Assembly: GCA_017532155.1 (NCBI GenBank)
Contig: JAFXJP010000011.1
Coordinates: 1 to 31,470, forward strand
Direction of reading: 5' to 3'
From: Clostridia bacterium
Lineage (GTDB): Bacteria > Bacillota > Clostridia > Christensenellales > Aristaeellaceae
DNA length: 31,470 nt
Shown: one piece after another, positions 5,953 through 14,184 of the stretch
How the letters are laid out: the number at the start of each line of letters is the position of its first letter
Numbering within the stretch: position 1 is the first letter of the stretch
Notes under the pieces: model-generated
Told to the model about the DNA's origin: nothing
Databases searched by the model: none
The model's input: the letters and a program-made list of their open reading frames with translations, nothing else
Position numbers and translations under genes: made by a program

Positions 5953-6594
5953 ATGTCTATCCAGCTTTTCACCCTTCCGACGAAAAACGGCGGTCTTCCT
6001 CTGCGTCTGGCCCGCGGCCACTTTGCCACCAGCCACAGCCACATCAACTACTATCTTGATGTGACCATGACCAAGCACCGCCTGTCTGAAGCCAGAGAGG
6101 CCGCGTCTATTCTGTGCAGCAAGTTCAAGCTTTCCACCATTATTGATACCATCCTGTGCCTGGATGGCACCGAGCTGATTGGCGCCTGCATGGCAAGCGA
6201 ATTAACGCAGTCGGGCTACACCAATATGAACGCCCACCGCACCATCTACGTCGTCACGCCCGAGCACACCTCCGGCAGCCAGCTGTTCTTCCGCGATAAC
6301 ACCGCGCCCATGATTCAGGGCAAGCATGTGCTGGTGCTGGCCGCCTCTACCGTCACGGGCTACACCGTGCAGGCCGCTGTGGAAGCCATCCGCTATTACG
6401 GCGGCTATCCCGAGGGCATCTGCTCCATCTTCTCCTGTGTGGATGAATGCGCCGGCTTCCCCATCGTAAGCATCTACAGCAAAAAGGAGCATCTGGAAGA
6501 TTACCAGAGCTGCCCCTCCACCGAATGCCCGATGTGCAAGGCCGGCAAAAAGCTGGATGGCCTGGTCAACAGCTTCGGTATTTCCAGTTTCTAA
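5953..6594 (+). CDS. Phosphoribosyltransferase-fold protein, Thermus-type OPRT-like paralogue with degenerate PRPP-binding loop
   Basis: 213-aa ORF. RGHFATSHSHINYYLDV resembles the OPRT N-terminal GHFxLxSGxHS block. HVLVLAASTVTGYT occupies the PRPP-loop position (normally VLVVEDVVTTG), with Ala-Ala replacing the acidic pair. C-terminal ECPMCKAGKKLD resembles the CPLCxxGxPL tail of Thermus-family OPRTs. Confidence 0.6.
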   Translation: MSIQLFTLPTKNGGLPLRLARGHFATSHSHINYYLDVTMTKHRLSEAREAASILCSKFKLSTIIDTILCLDGTELIGACMASELTQSGYTNMNAHRTIYVVTPEHTSGSQLFFRDNTAPMIQGKHVLVLAASTVTGYTVQAAVEAIRYYGGYPEGICSIFSCVDECAGFPIVSIYSKKEHLEDYQSCPSTECPMCKAGKKLDGLVNSFGISSF

Positions 6595-6601
6595 AATACA
6601 T

Positions 6602-6626
6602 CCCCGCTTCCAAGCGGGGTTTTTTT
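6602..6626 (+). terminator. Intrinsic terminator after the OPRT-like gene
   Basis: CCCCGC-TTCCAA-GCGGGG (6602-6619) followed by seven T (6620-6626). Confidence 0.85.
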
Positions 6627-6691
6627 CGTCCGCAGGAAGAATTTCCGTTATCCATTCGTTTTATGATTGATAACATCAAAGGAGGTTTTCA

Positions 6692-7186
6692 ATGAAAAAG
6701 CTGTTGATTCTTTTCTTAACGCTTTCCATGTGTTTTTCCGCCGCACAGGCTACCGTCCTTGTGCCCAATCCCTGGATCGATGCCACGCCGGATGACCTCC
6801 TCCAGCTTGTCGGCGTAAGGTTCGGCCTGCCCGAGGATGCGCAGGATGTTTCCTATCGTTTGCTAATCGACGAAAGCCTGTGCGAAATGCATTTTACCTG
6901 GCAGGACATTGCCTTTACCGCCCGTCTGCGCCCTGTAATGGACTGGGAAGACATTTCCGGCATGTACTATACCTTCACCCAAACGCCCGTGCAGGTTAAC
7001 CGCTTCGAAGGCAATCTGCTGCGCGCACAGGATGGAGAGAACGATGTGCTGCTGTGCCTGTGGTATGATCTGGCGCCAGGACTGATGTACAGTTTGTCCG
7101 CCGTCGCGCCTGCACTTTCTGACGATATGCTGCTTGAAGCCGCAAATGCAGTGCTCATCATGCATCAGCACGAAACCGACGAATAA
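6692..7186 (+). CDS. Secreted/exported hypothetical protein (signal peptide), family not recognised
   Basis: 164-aa ORF. AAAGGAGG lies 7 nt before the ATG. N-terminus MKKLLILFLTLSMCFSAAQA is a typical Sec signal peptide. Acidic mature part with no motif I recognise. Confidence 0.6.
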   Translation: MKKLLILFLTLSMCFSAAQATVLVPNPWIDATPDDLLQLVGVRFGLPEDAQDVSYRLLIDESLCEMHFTWQDIAFTARLRPVMDWEDISGMYYTFTQTPVQVNRFEGNLLRAQDGENDVLLCLWYDLAPGLMYSLSAVAPALSDDMLLEAANAVLIMHQHETDE

Positions 7187-7213
7187 AAAAAGAGCCTTAA
7201 CGGCTCTTTTTAT
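7185..7213. terminator. Bidirectional intrinsic terminator between convergent genes
   Basis: AAAAAA-AGAGCC-TTAAC-GGCTCT-TTTT. A-run and T-run flank a 6-bp GC-rich stem (7191-7207), which sits between the stop at 7186 (+) and the stop at 7210 (-). Confidence 0.75.
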
Positions 7214-7665
7214 TTTGCCTTTTTGCGCGGCCGCGCAATGGCAAATACTTTATAGGGAATTTCAAATACAAACACGATGCCAAGGACGATGGCAATCATC
7301 ACCTTCAGCGCCGTAAAGCCGCTGGAAAGCGCACTGTCAAACTGATTGGTCACCAGATAATACGCCGCCCAGTAGATCTGCGCGCCGGGCACCAAGGGAA
7401 AGATGCCGGCAATGAGAAAAATCGTGGCCGGGCACTGACGGTTCACCGCCGTAAAGCGCGACGCCAGCACGATAAACACCGCCGCCAGAAATACCGCCAG
7501 CGACATGCCCGCGCCCAGCAGCAGCGCGCCTTTATACACCAGCCAGCCGATGGCGCCAATCAGCGCACAATTGAAATAAAATCTTCTTGGCACGCCAAAG
7601 AGCACCGAAAAGCCAATCGTGCCCAGCGCCGAGGCAATCACTTCGATGATAAGCTTCCCAATCAC
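7210..7665 (-). CDS. Threonine/serine exporter (ThrE) family protein, small DUF3815-type subunit
   Basis: 151-aa polytopic ORF MIGKLIIEVIASALGTIGFSVLFGVPRR typical of the ThrE C-terminal-half family. Its start overlaps the stop of the upstream ThrE-type gene by 4 nt. Confidence 0.75.
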   Translation of the reverse strand: MIGKLIIEVIASALGTIGFSVLFGVPRRFYFNCALIGAIGWLVYKGALLLGAGMSLAVFLAAVFIVLASRFTAVNRQCPATIFLIAGIFPLVPGAQIYWAAYYLVTNQFDSALSSGFTALKVMIAIVLGIVFVFEIPYKVFAIARPRKKAK

Positions 7666-8471
7666 AGCATGATCCCTCCCGTCAGTCCGTTATAGATGGA
7701 GAACATCACGCCAACGCCGATGGCAATGGACACAAACACCAGGATCGCATCCAGCATGCGCACCGCGCCCGAAATATAATCGCCGTCAGCAATATCGCGG
7801 ATACCGTTGGTAAAAGCAACGCCGGGCACTAGCGGCATAATGGCGCCCGAAATCATGTGGCTGAGATTATGCCCCACGCCCGCGCGATAGCAGCCCAGGC
7901 AGATCAGCACCACCAGCATGCCGCCAAAGATATTGCGGACGATCTTGTTAAGATAGGGCTTGCCTATAAACAGCACATACACATACAGCAAAATGCCCGC
8001 AATGCAAGCTGCCGTACAATCCAGCACGCCGCCGCCCGCCAGCACGCAGAAAAAGCCGCTGCCCATGCCCGAAGCAACGATTTGCTTCCATTCCTTTTTA
8101 TCCGGCATCTCGTCAATCTGGCGCAGCTTTTCCGCCACCGTTTCAATATCATCATACTGCCCCTCGCTGATCTCGCGGGACAATTGATTGACCGCCACCA
8201 CCTTGTCAAGCCTTGCGCCCGTTACAGGAATGTGGCGCACATGTGCAAATGAGCCTTCCTTCTGTCTACCGCCGGTGGTAAAAATGCCGTTGCTCAGCAC
8301 AAAAAAATCGCCGCTTTCCACGCCATAATGACGGCAGATGCGGTCCATCGTCTCCTCCACACGGGAGATCTCCGCGCCATTTTGCAGCAGAATATGCCCC
8401 GCTTCCATGGCAACATCCAGTACCCGCGCCTCATCGCACGGACAAGCAGTCACGCTTTCCCTGTTTTCCAC
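7662..8471 (-). CDS. Threonine/serine exporter (ThrE) family protein, DUF1212-type subunit
   Basis: Conserved block LDVAMEAGHILLQNGAEISRVEETMDRICRHYG plus C-terminal TM helices. I place the start at GTG 8471 (AAAGGAAGAG upstream) instead of the track ATG at 8690. A good minus-strand promoter (8517-8546) and AT-rich intergenic sequence lie inside the 5' extension, which also overlaps the divergent gene at 8635. Confidence 0.75.
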   Translation of the reverse strand: MENRESVTACPCDEARVLDVAMEAGHILLQNGAEISRVEETMDRICRHYGVESGDFFVLSNGIFTTGGRQKEGSFAHVRHIPVTGARLDKVVAVNQLSREISEGQYDDIETVAEKLRQIDEMPDKKEWKQIVASGMGSGFFCVLAGGGVLDCTAACIAGILLYVYVLFIGKPYLNKIVRNIFGGMLVVLICLGCYRAGVGHNLSHMISGAIMPLVPGVAFTNGIRDIADGDYISGAVRMLDAILVFVSIAIGVGVMFSIYNGLTGGIML

Positions 8472-8516
8472 AGCCCACGCTCTTCCTTTCAAAAGACAGT
8501 CGCAGCATATAAAAAC

Positions 8517-8546
8517 ATTATAAATCCGACCGGCATCTTTCGTCAA
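8517..8546 (-). promoter_or_regulatory. Sigma-A-type promoter for the ThrE-type exporter pair
   Basis: Minus strand: TTGACG (8546-8541), 18-nt spacer, TATAAT (8522-8517). About 40 nt upstream of GTG 8471. Confidence 0.6.
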
Positions 8547-8555
8547 CACCACGTA

Positions 8556-8584
8556 TTGTATCCTTTTGCTTTCTATGGTAATAT
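8556..8584 (+). promoter_or_regulatory. Sigma-A-type promoter for the esterase-esterase-ATP-grasp operon
   Basis: TTGTAT (8556-8561), 17-nt spacer, TGgTAATAT extended -10 (-10 hexamer 8579-8584). Back-to-back with the exporter promoter. Confidence 0.5.
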
Positions 8585-8634
8585 AATAAATTGAGTTATT
8601 CTTTGACTTAGCATTATTATTTTGAGGTTCCGAT

Positions 8635-9396
8635 ATGGTAGAAAAGCTGCCGATCACCCTTCCAGCGCTGTCGGGCAAAAAGGAGCGCAATGTCTATGTG
8701 TATCTGCCCGAAAGCGCCAAGAAAAACCCCAAGCGCCGCTATCCCGTGCTTTATATGTTTGACGGGCACAATGTTTTCTTTGACGAGGACGCTACCTTCG
8801 GCAAATCCTGGGGCATGAAGCGCTACATGGACAGAACGCGCACGCCCTTGATCATCGTTGCCGTCGAATGCAACCACGGCGAAAACTACGCCCGCCTGAA
8901 GGAATATTCGCCCTTCAACTTTGGCTATAAAAACGAACTGCACATCGTCGGCCGGGGCGAAAAATACATGGATTGGCTGATCAACACCTTAAAGCCCATC
9001 ACCGATGAAAATTATCCCACGCTGCCAGGCCGCGAATCCACCTTCATCGCCGGCTCTTCCATGGGCGGGCTGATGAGCCTGTACGCCGTCACCGCGCACA
9101 ATGATGTATTCTCCCGCGCCGCCTGCCTGTCCCCCTCGCTGTGGACCAACAAAAAGCGCGTGCTGGATTGCATCCGCTCATCCGACATTCGGCCAGGTAC
9201 CGTCGTTTACATGGATTACGGCGAAAATGAAATGAAGCGCCGCGAGGATATGAAAGGGATCTACACATCCGCCGTCAAGGCGCTGCTGGACAAAGATGTG
9301 CTGCTCACCGCGCGCATTGTACCCCATGGCGAACATTGTGAAGCCTCCTGGGAAAAGCAGATTCCCCTTTTCATGCGCACGCTCATGGACAAATAA
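8635..9396 (+). CDS. Alpha/beta-hydrolase, 'putative esterase' (esterase D / enterochelin-esterase-like) family protein
   Basis: 253-aa ORF. RRYPVLYMFDGHNVFFDE block, nucleophile elbow GSSMGG and a C-terminal His (VPHGEH) consistent with a Ser-Asp-His triad. Confidence 0.75.
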   Translation: MVEKLPITLPALSGKKERNVYVYLPESAKKNPKRRYPVLYMFDGHNVFFDEDATFGKSWGMKRYMDRTRTPLIIVAVECNHGENYARLKEYSPFNFGYKNELHIVGRGEKYMDWLINTLKPITDENYPTLPGRESTFIAGSSMGGLMSLYAVTAHNDVFSRAACLSPSLWTNKKRVLDCIRSSDIRPGTVVYMDYGENEMKRREDMKGIYTSAVKALLDKDVLLTARIVPHGEHCEASWEKQIPLFMRTLMDK

Positions 9397-9417
9397 ACAA
9401 TATCGGAGGAATTCCCC

Positions 9418-10164
9418 GTGGAGACATATTACACCAAATGGTTCAGCCCGCGCCTGAACCGCGAAATGGAAATCAAGGTCTGGGGCCATGCCGGCCGCCC
9501 CGTCCTTTTCATCCCCTGCCAGGACGGCCGCTTTTATGATTTTGAGAATTATAAAATGACCGACGTCTGGGCGCCTTATATTGATAACGGTCAATGCATG
9601 GTCTTTTCCATCGACACGATGGATCTGGAGACCTACTCCGCCACCCACGATGCGCGCACGCGCATCTGCCGCCATGAGGACTGGATGGCATATATTCACG
9701 AAGAAGTCGTTCCCTTTATTCGTGAGATGACCAACACCCGCAACGGCTGGGAGGGCGTGCCCGGCATCATCACCTTTGGCTGCAGCCTGGGCGCCACGCA
9801 CGCGGTCAATCTGTATTTCCGCTTTCCGGACGCCTTTGACGGCGTGCTCGCGCTCAGCGGTATTTACACCACCGAATATGGCTTTCCCGGCTATATGGAT
9901 GAAAAAGTATACCAGAACAGCCCCGTCCATTATATGGACAACCTGCCCGGCGATCATCCCTTCATTGCCCAATACAACCGCCACAAGGCCGTTATCGTCG
10001 TCGGCCAGGGTCCGTGGGAAATCCCCGACAGCACCTTCCGTCTACGCGATATCTGCCACCGCAAAGGCATCAGCGTATGGTTTGACATCTGGGGCCATGA
10101 CGTGAAGCACGACTGGGACTGGTGGTACAAGCAAACCGCCTATCACATTCCGCATGTACTGTAA
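9418..10164 (+). CDS. Second alpha/beta-hydrolase of the 'putative esterase' family
   Basis: 248-aa ORF. GTG start 8 nt after GGAGG. Nucleophile elbow GCSLGA followed by LSGIY. C-terminal WGHDVKHDW supplies a candidate catalytic His. Confidence 0.7.
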   Translation: METYYTKWFSPRLNREMEIKVWGHAGRPVLFIPCQDGRFYDFENYKMTDVWAPYIDNGQCMVFSIDTMDLETYSATHDARTRICRHEDWMAYIHEEVVPFIREMTNTRNGWEGVPGIITFGCSLGATHAVNLYFRFPDAFDGVLALSGIYTTEYGFPGYMDEKVYQNSPVHYMDNLPGDHPFIAQYNRHKAVIVVGQGPWEIPDSTFRLRDICHRKGISVWFDIWGHDVKHDWDWWYKQTAYHIPHVL

Positions 10165-10179
10165 AAAGGAGAGGTATCC

Positions 10180-11373
10180 ATGAAAAACTTTGTGTTCATT
10201 TCCCCGAATTTCCCCACCAACTACTGGCAATTCTGCAAGCACCTGAAGGACAACGGTCTGCGCGTGCTGGGCGTGGGCGATCAGCCCTATCACACGCTGC
10301 TGCCCGAGCTGAAAGAAAACCTCCATGAATACTACAAGGTCAATTCTATGGAGAACTATGATGAAGTGTACCGCGCGGTGGCCTTCTTCATCTCTAAGTA
10401 CGGCCGCATTGACTGGCTGGAGAGCAACAACGAATACTGGCTGGAGCGCGACGCCATGCTGCGCACAGACTTCAATATTCCCTCCGGCTTCCATGTGGAG
10501 GATATGGAGCGGATCAAATACAAGAGCAAAATGAAGCCCTACTATCAAAAGGCGGGCATCAAGACGGCGCGTTATCACATCGTGGATGACTACGCGCACT
10601 GCAAGCAGTTTATCAAAAAAGTCGGCTATCCCGTCATCGTCAAGCCCGACAACGGCGTGGGCGCTTCCAGCACCTACAAGATCAAGGACGATGAAGGCCT
10701 GCGCGCTTTCCTCAATGAAAAGGACGCCGGCGTTTCCTATATCATGGAGGAATTCATCACCGCCGAGGTGAACAGCTACGACGCGATCATCGACAGTCAC
10801 GGCGAGCCCATCTTTGAAACAGGCAACGTCACCCCCAATTCCATCATGGACGTTGTCAACAATAACGACAACTCCATCTACTACATCGTCAACGAATTGC
10901 CCGAGGATACCCGCGCTGCCGGCCGCGCCACCGTCAAGGCCTTCCATGTCAAGAATCGCTTTGTGCACTTTGAGTTCTTCCGCCTCACCGCCGATCATCC
11001 CCACATGGGCAAGACAGGCGATGTGGTCGCGCTGGAAGTGAACATGCGTCCCTGCGGCGGCTTCTCGCCCGATATGATGAACTTTGCCAACTCCACCGAC
11101 GTATACAAGATCTACGCCGACATGATCGCCTACGATTCCAGCCTCAAGGGCGTGGGCGAGCGCAATTACTGCGCCTTTGCCGGTCGCCGCGACGGCAAGA
11201 ACTTCAAAATCAGCCATGACGAGCTGGTGAATAAATATGCCAGCCAGATGCGCATGGTCAGCCGCATTCCCGATGCGCTCTCCGGCGCTATGGGCAACCA
11301 GATGTATGTAGCCAACTTCCCCACCAAGGAAGAAATGGAGCAGTTCTACAAAGACGCCTGCGAAACATGGTAA
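10180..11373 (+). CDS. ATP-grasp domain protein (carboxylate-amine/thiol ligase type), substrate unknown
   Basis: 397-aa ORF. KSKMKPYYQKAGIKTARY, KKVGYPVIVKPDNGVGASSTYKI, YIMEEFI and ALEVNMRPCGG match the ATP-grasp B-loop and Mg/ATP motifs. GGAGAGG RBS. Confidence 0.8.
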   Translation: MKNFVFISPNFPTNYWQFCKHLKDNGLRVLGVGDQPYHTLLPELKENLHEYYKVNSMENYDEVYRAVAFFISKYGRIDWLESNNEYWLERDAMLRTDFNIPSGFHVEDMERIKYKSKMKPYYQKAGIKTARYHIVDDYAHCKQFIKKVGYPVIVKPDNGVGASSTYKIKDDEGLRAFLNEKDAGVSYIMEEFITAEVNSYDAIIDSHGEPIFETGNVTPNSIMDVVNNNDNSIYYIVNELPEDTRAAGRATVKAFHVKNRFVHFEFFRLTADHPHMGKTGDVVALEVNMRPCGGFSPDMMNFANSTDVYKIYADMIAYDSSLKGVGERNYCAFAGRRDGKNFKISHDELVNKYASQMRMVSRIPDALSGAMGNQMYVANFPTKEEMEQFYKDACETW

Positions 11374-11381
11374 TGAAAAAA

Positions 11382-11407
11382 ATCTCCCAAACAACGGGAG
11401 ATTTTTT
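11382..11407 (+). terminator. Intrinsic terminator after the ATP-grasp gene
   Basis: ATCTCCC-AAACAAC-GGGAGAT (11382-11402) followed by TTTTT; an A-run precedes the stem. Confidence 0.8.
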
Positions 11408-11516
11408 CATTTTCTGCAAAGTTTATATTCGGTTCACACCCAGTTGACACTTACTTCAAATACATCATTTATCATTCTTTCTGTAATGAAAGCCCACACA
11501 GAAAGGATTCTCACCC

Positions 11517-11981
11517 ATGAAAAAACTTTTTGCCAACCGCACCGCGCAAATGAACTCGCTCTGTGCCCTGCTGATGATCGTTCTGCTTGTTTTGCAATTT
11601 TCCGCCTTCTGGACTTACGGAGAAAGCAACGAGCTGAGCTGCTCTTTGCAAAGCTACATCTGGTTCCCCGCAGACAACACCGCCCTTACAAAGCATCTGG
11701 AAGCGCTCGTTCCTGGTCACGCCATCAATTCGATCATCATTATGCCCCTCCTCGTATTGGTTACCGCCGTTATTGGCATTGTACTCATCTGCGTCAAGCC
11801 GGGCCAGCCGCTCAATGCGCTGCTGCCTGTCGCATGCGGCGCCGTCGGCGTATGGGGATATCTGAGCAAAGCTGAATTTCAGCTGGGAGCTGGCTGGCAG
11901 TTGCACCTTGCGCTGTGCATCCTCATCGCGCTATGCGGCCTGCTGTCGCTCATCATGAGCGCCCGGGGCGAAAAGCAATAA
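11517..11981 (+). CDS. Hypothetical integral membrane protein (about 4 TM helices), family not recognised
   Basis: 154-aa ORF. AAAGGA RBS region, strongly hydrophobic segments, own terminator downstream. Confidence 0.55.
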   Translation: MKKLFANRTAQMNSLCALLMIVLLVLQFSAFWTYGESNELSCSLQSYIWFPADNTALTKHLEALVPGHAINSIIIMPLLVLVTAVIGIVLICVKPGQPLNALLPVACGAVGVWGYLSKAEFQLGAGWQLHLALCILIALCGLLSLIMSARGEKQ

Positions 11982-12016
11982 AAAATTCCGGCAGTTTTGC
12001 CTTTTTGATAGATCTC

Positions 12017-12045
12017 CCGCAGATTCATAATCTGCGGGTTTTTTC
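12017..12045 (+). terminator. Intrinsic terminator
   Basis: CCCGCAGATT-CAT-AATCTGCGGG (12017-12039) followed by TTTTTT (12040-12045). Confidence 0.85.
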
Positions 12046-12046
12046 T

Positions 12047-12075
12047 TGCGTCGAACTGCTGCAAGTGATACAATG
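12047..12075 (+). promoter_or_regulatory. Sigma-A-type promoter for the AEC transporter gene
   Basis: TTGCGT (12047-12052), 17-nt spacer, TACAAT (12070-12075) with TG at 12067-12068. Confidence 0.55.
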
Positions 12076-12113
12076 CAAAGGATCTCACTTTTGATTATGA
12101 ACAAGGAGCCTGT

Positions 12114-13052
12114 ATGGATAATCTGATTCTTGCTTTTAACGTTGTATTGCCCTTGTTTATGTGCATTGCGCTGGGATATCTCCTGCGCCGGCTGCACATG
12201 ATGGAATTGGAGCCACGCCGCGCAATGAACAAGCTGTGCTTCAAGGTTTTTCTGCCGATTTACCTGTTCCATTCCATTTATACAACAGACCTGGGCATGG
12301 CCTTTGACTTAAAGCTTATCCTGCTGGCAGCCTTTGGTATCCTGGGCATTTTCTTCTTCCTGATGCTTTTCATCCCGCGCATTGAAAAGGAAAATGCTCG
12401 CCGGGGCGTCATGATCCAGGGCATCTTCCGCAGCAATTACGCGCTGTTCGGCCTGCCGGTGGCGCTATCACTGTGCGGAGAAGACAAGCTCGGCCCCTCC
12501 TCGCTGTTGATCGGCGTAATCGTGCCCATTTTCAATGTGCTGGCTGTCATCACGCTGGAATCCTTCCGCGGTGGCAAGCCCGACGTCAAAAAGATCCTCC
12601 GCGGCATTGCCACCAACCCGCTGATCATCGCTTCGCTCCTGGGCGTTTTCTGCAATCTCATTTCCCTGCCCATCCCCGAAGCCGTGCTCAAGGGCTGCAA
12701 AAATCTGGGCAGCGTGGCAACACCCCTGTCGCTGGTGGTGCTGGGCAGCGAATTCATGTTTGGCAATGTGCGCCACTACTGGAAACAGCTTTTGACCGTC
12801 GTCTCCGGCAGGCTCATCTTCTGCCCGCTGGTCATGGTTGTAATCGGCGCGCTCCTGGGCCTGCGCAACGAAACGCTGGTGCCCATCCTGATCCTCTTTG
12901 GCGCCCCGACCGCCGTATCCTCCTTCACCATGGCGCAGTCAATGGACGGCGACGGCGACCTGGCCGCCTCCATCGTGATATTCACCTCTGCCTTCGCTAT
13001 CCTTACTATCTTTTTGTGGATTTTCATTCTTAAGCAGATGATGCTGATCTAA
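12114..13052 (+). CDS. AEC (auxin efflux carrier) family transporter
   Basis: 312-aa polytopic ORF. N-terminus MDNLILAFNVVLPLFMCIALGYLLRR and two-fold repeat architecture typical of the AEC/membrane transport protein family. AAGGAG RBS. Confidence 0.8.
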   Translation: MDNLILAFNVVLPLFMCIALGYLLRRLHMMELEPRRAMNKLCFKVFLPIYLFHSIYTTDLGMAFDLKLILLAAFGILGIFFFLMLFIPRIEKENARRGVMIQGIFRSNYALFGLPVALSLCGEDKLGPSSLLIGVIVPIFNVLAVITLESFRGGKPDVKKILRGIATNPLIIASLLGVFCNLISLPIPEAVLKGCKNLGSVATPLSLVVLGSEFMFGNVRHYWKQLLTVVSGRLIFCPLVMVVIGALLGLRNETLVPILILFGAPTAVSSFTMAQSMDGDGDLAASIVIFTSAFAILTIFLWIFILKQMMLI

Positions 13053-13088
13053 AAAAAGCAGAGCTGGATGACAGCTCTGCCTCATTTT
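13051..13088. terminator. Bidirectional terminator between the convergent AEC transporter and noc-like genes
   Basis: AAAAAAA-GCAGAGCTG-GATGA-CAGCTCTGC-CTCATTTT (stem 13058-13080). Gives a U-tract on the minus strand and a weaker one on the plus strand. Confidence 0.6.
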
Positions 13089-13201
13089 GCATTCAGATAT
13101 ACAGAAAAAACAATTTTCCCGCATCCGGCAATCGAGATAAATCAGGGCCTTGCGGCGCCTGATGACAGACTCCACCACTTATTTCGATCCCATTTATCAT
13201 A

Positions 13202-14035
13202 TCACCCGCCGCAAACATTGTCAACCTTTTTCTTGCGGCCTCTTGGCATCACCACGCGAATTTCAACGGCGCTGTCGTATTCATTCACCTCACATTTGGC
13301 GTCAAGTCCGGTATCGCGCAGCTGATCGACAATGCCGCGGATGGCATTGATATACAGCCTGTGATCACGCACAAGCGAAATCACCTTGCGCGAAGGCGAG
13401 GGCAGCGGCAGGCGTTCCAGCGCCCGGGCAACCAGTTCCTCTGTCTTTTGTACGGACAGCTTCTGCATGGCCGCCTGCTGGCAGATGCGCAGCCGCGCCG
13501 CCTCGCCCGGCAGCGGCAAAAGCGCCCGCGCGTGCCGCTCGCTGAGGTTATTTTCCATGATCAGGTCGCGCACGGAGGGCTCGAGTTTGAGCAGCCGCAG
13601 CCGGTTATTGACCGCGCCTGCGCTTTTTCCCAGCATCCGCGAGAGCATTTCCTGCGTCATGCCCTTATCGCACAGGCGCGCATACGCCTGCGCCTCCTCA
13701 AAAAAGTGCAGGTTGCGCCGCTGCATATTTTCCACCAGCGCCAGCAGCGCGCTCTCTTCATCATCGGCCGGCAGGATAAACGCCTCGATGTGCGTATGCC
13801 CCAGCATCCGGCACGCCCGGCAGCGCCGCTCGCCCATGATCAATTCATACTCATCTTCGCAGGGGCGCACGGTTACAGGCTGCAAGAGGCCGTTTTCCTT
13901 GATGGACGCAGCCAGCTCCAGCAAAGCAAATTCATCAAACTCCTGCCGCGGCTGCTGCGCGTTTGGTCTTATGCTACTCAGGGCCAGCCAGCACAGCTGC
14001 CTTCCTGCCGTACGGATCTTTTTGCTTGTCTGCAT
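13202..14035 (-). CDS. noc: ParB/Noc-family protein (nucleoid-occlusion-protein-like)
   Basis: ParB N-terminal boxes IRPNAQQPRQEFD, LLELAASIKENGLLQPVTVR and GERRCRA. HTH region, and a Noc-like C-terminus RLYINAIRGIVDQLRDTGLDAKCEVNEYDSAVEIRVVMPR. Sits directly downstream of rsmG, as noc does in Bacillus. Start set at ATG 14035 (GGAGG 5 nt upstream) rather than the track start at 14104. Confidence 0.75.
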   Translation of the reverse strand: MQTSKKIRTAGRQLCWLALSSIRPNAQQPRQEFDEFALLELAASIKENGLLQPVTVRPCEDEYELIMGERRCRACRMLGHTHIEAFILPADDEESALLALVENMQRRNLHFFEEAQAYARLCDKGMTQEMLSRMLGKSAGAVNNRLRLLKLEPSVRDLIMENNLSERHARALLPLPGEAARLRICQQAAMQKLSVQKTEELVARALERLPLPSPSRKVISLVRDHRLYINAIRGIVDQLRDTGLDAKCEVNEYDSAVEIRVVMPRGRKKKVDNVCGG

Positions 14036-14128
14036 GCGCGCCTCCGATACGGGCGTGCGCGCTTCCCCTGCCGCCTCCCTCTGCAGCAAAGGAAGCTGCC
14101 GCACGCCCTTGTCCCTACAATTCTATAC

Positions 14129-14159
14129 AAAAAGCCGGTCTCCTTCCCGGGAGACCGGC
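14129..14159 (-). terminator. Intrinsic terminator after rsmG (minus strand)
   Basis: Perfect 10-bp stem GCCGGTCTCC/GGAGACCGGC (14134-14159), followed on the minus strand by TTTTT (plus-strand A-run 14129-14133). Confidence 0.7.
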
Positions 14160-14184
14160 TGATCGTTCGACCAGATGCGACGGA

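Noticed and set aside
8472-8690. N-terminal 73-aa extension of the ThrE-type ORF (track start ATG 8690)
   Set aside because: The extension is AT-rich and encodes an implausible sequence (NNNAKSKNNSIYYITIESK). It contains a good minus-strand promoter (8517-8546) and overlaps the divergent esterase gene start. A GTG at 8471 with an upstream AAAGGAAGAG gives a protein of the normal family length.
13202-14104. Longer track starts for several genes: noc-like 14104, CPBP 19823, GT2-GtrA 22450, serC 26501, rplS 31069
   Set aside because: In each case an internal ATG is preceded by a strong GGAGG-type SD at 5-9 nt and matches the normal family N-terminus. The longer version would overlap the upstream gene, a promoter or a leader.
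13053-14184. Possible oriC or DnaA-box cluster near rsmG/noc
   Set aside because: I found no cluster of TTATCCACA-like boxes and no AT-rich unwinding element in the intergenic stretches around noc and rsmG. They are occupied by terminator hairpins. The origin is probably elsewhere.
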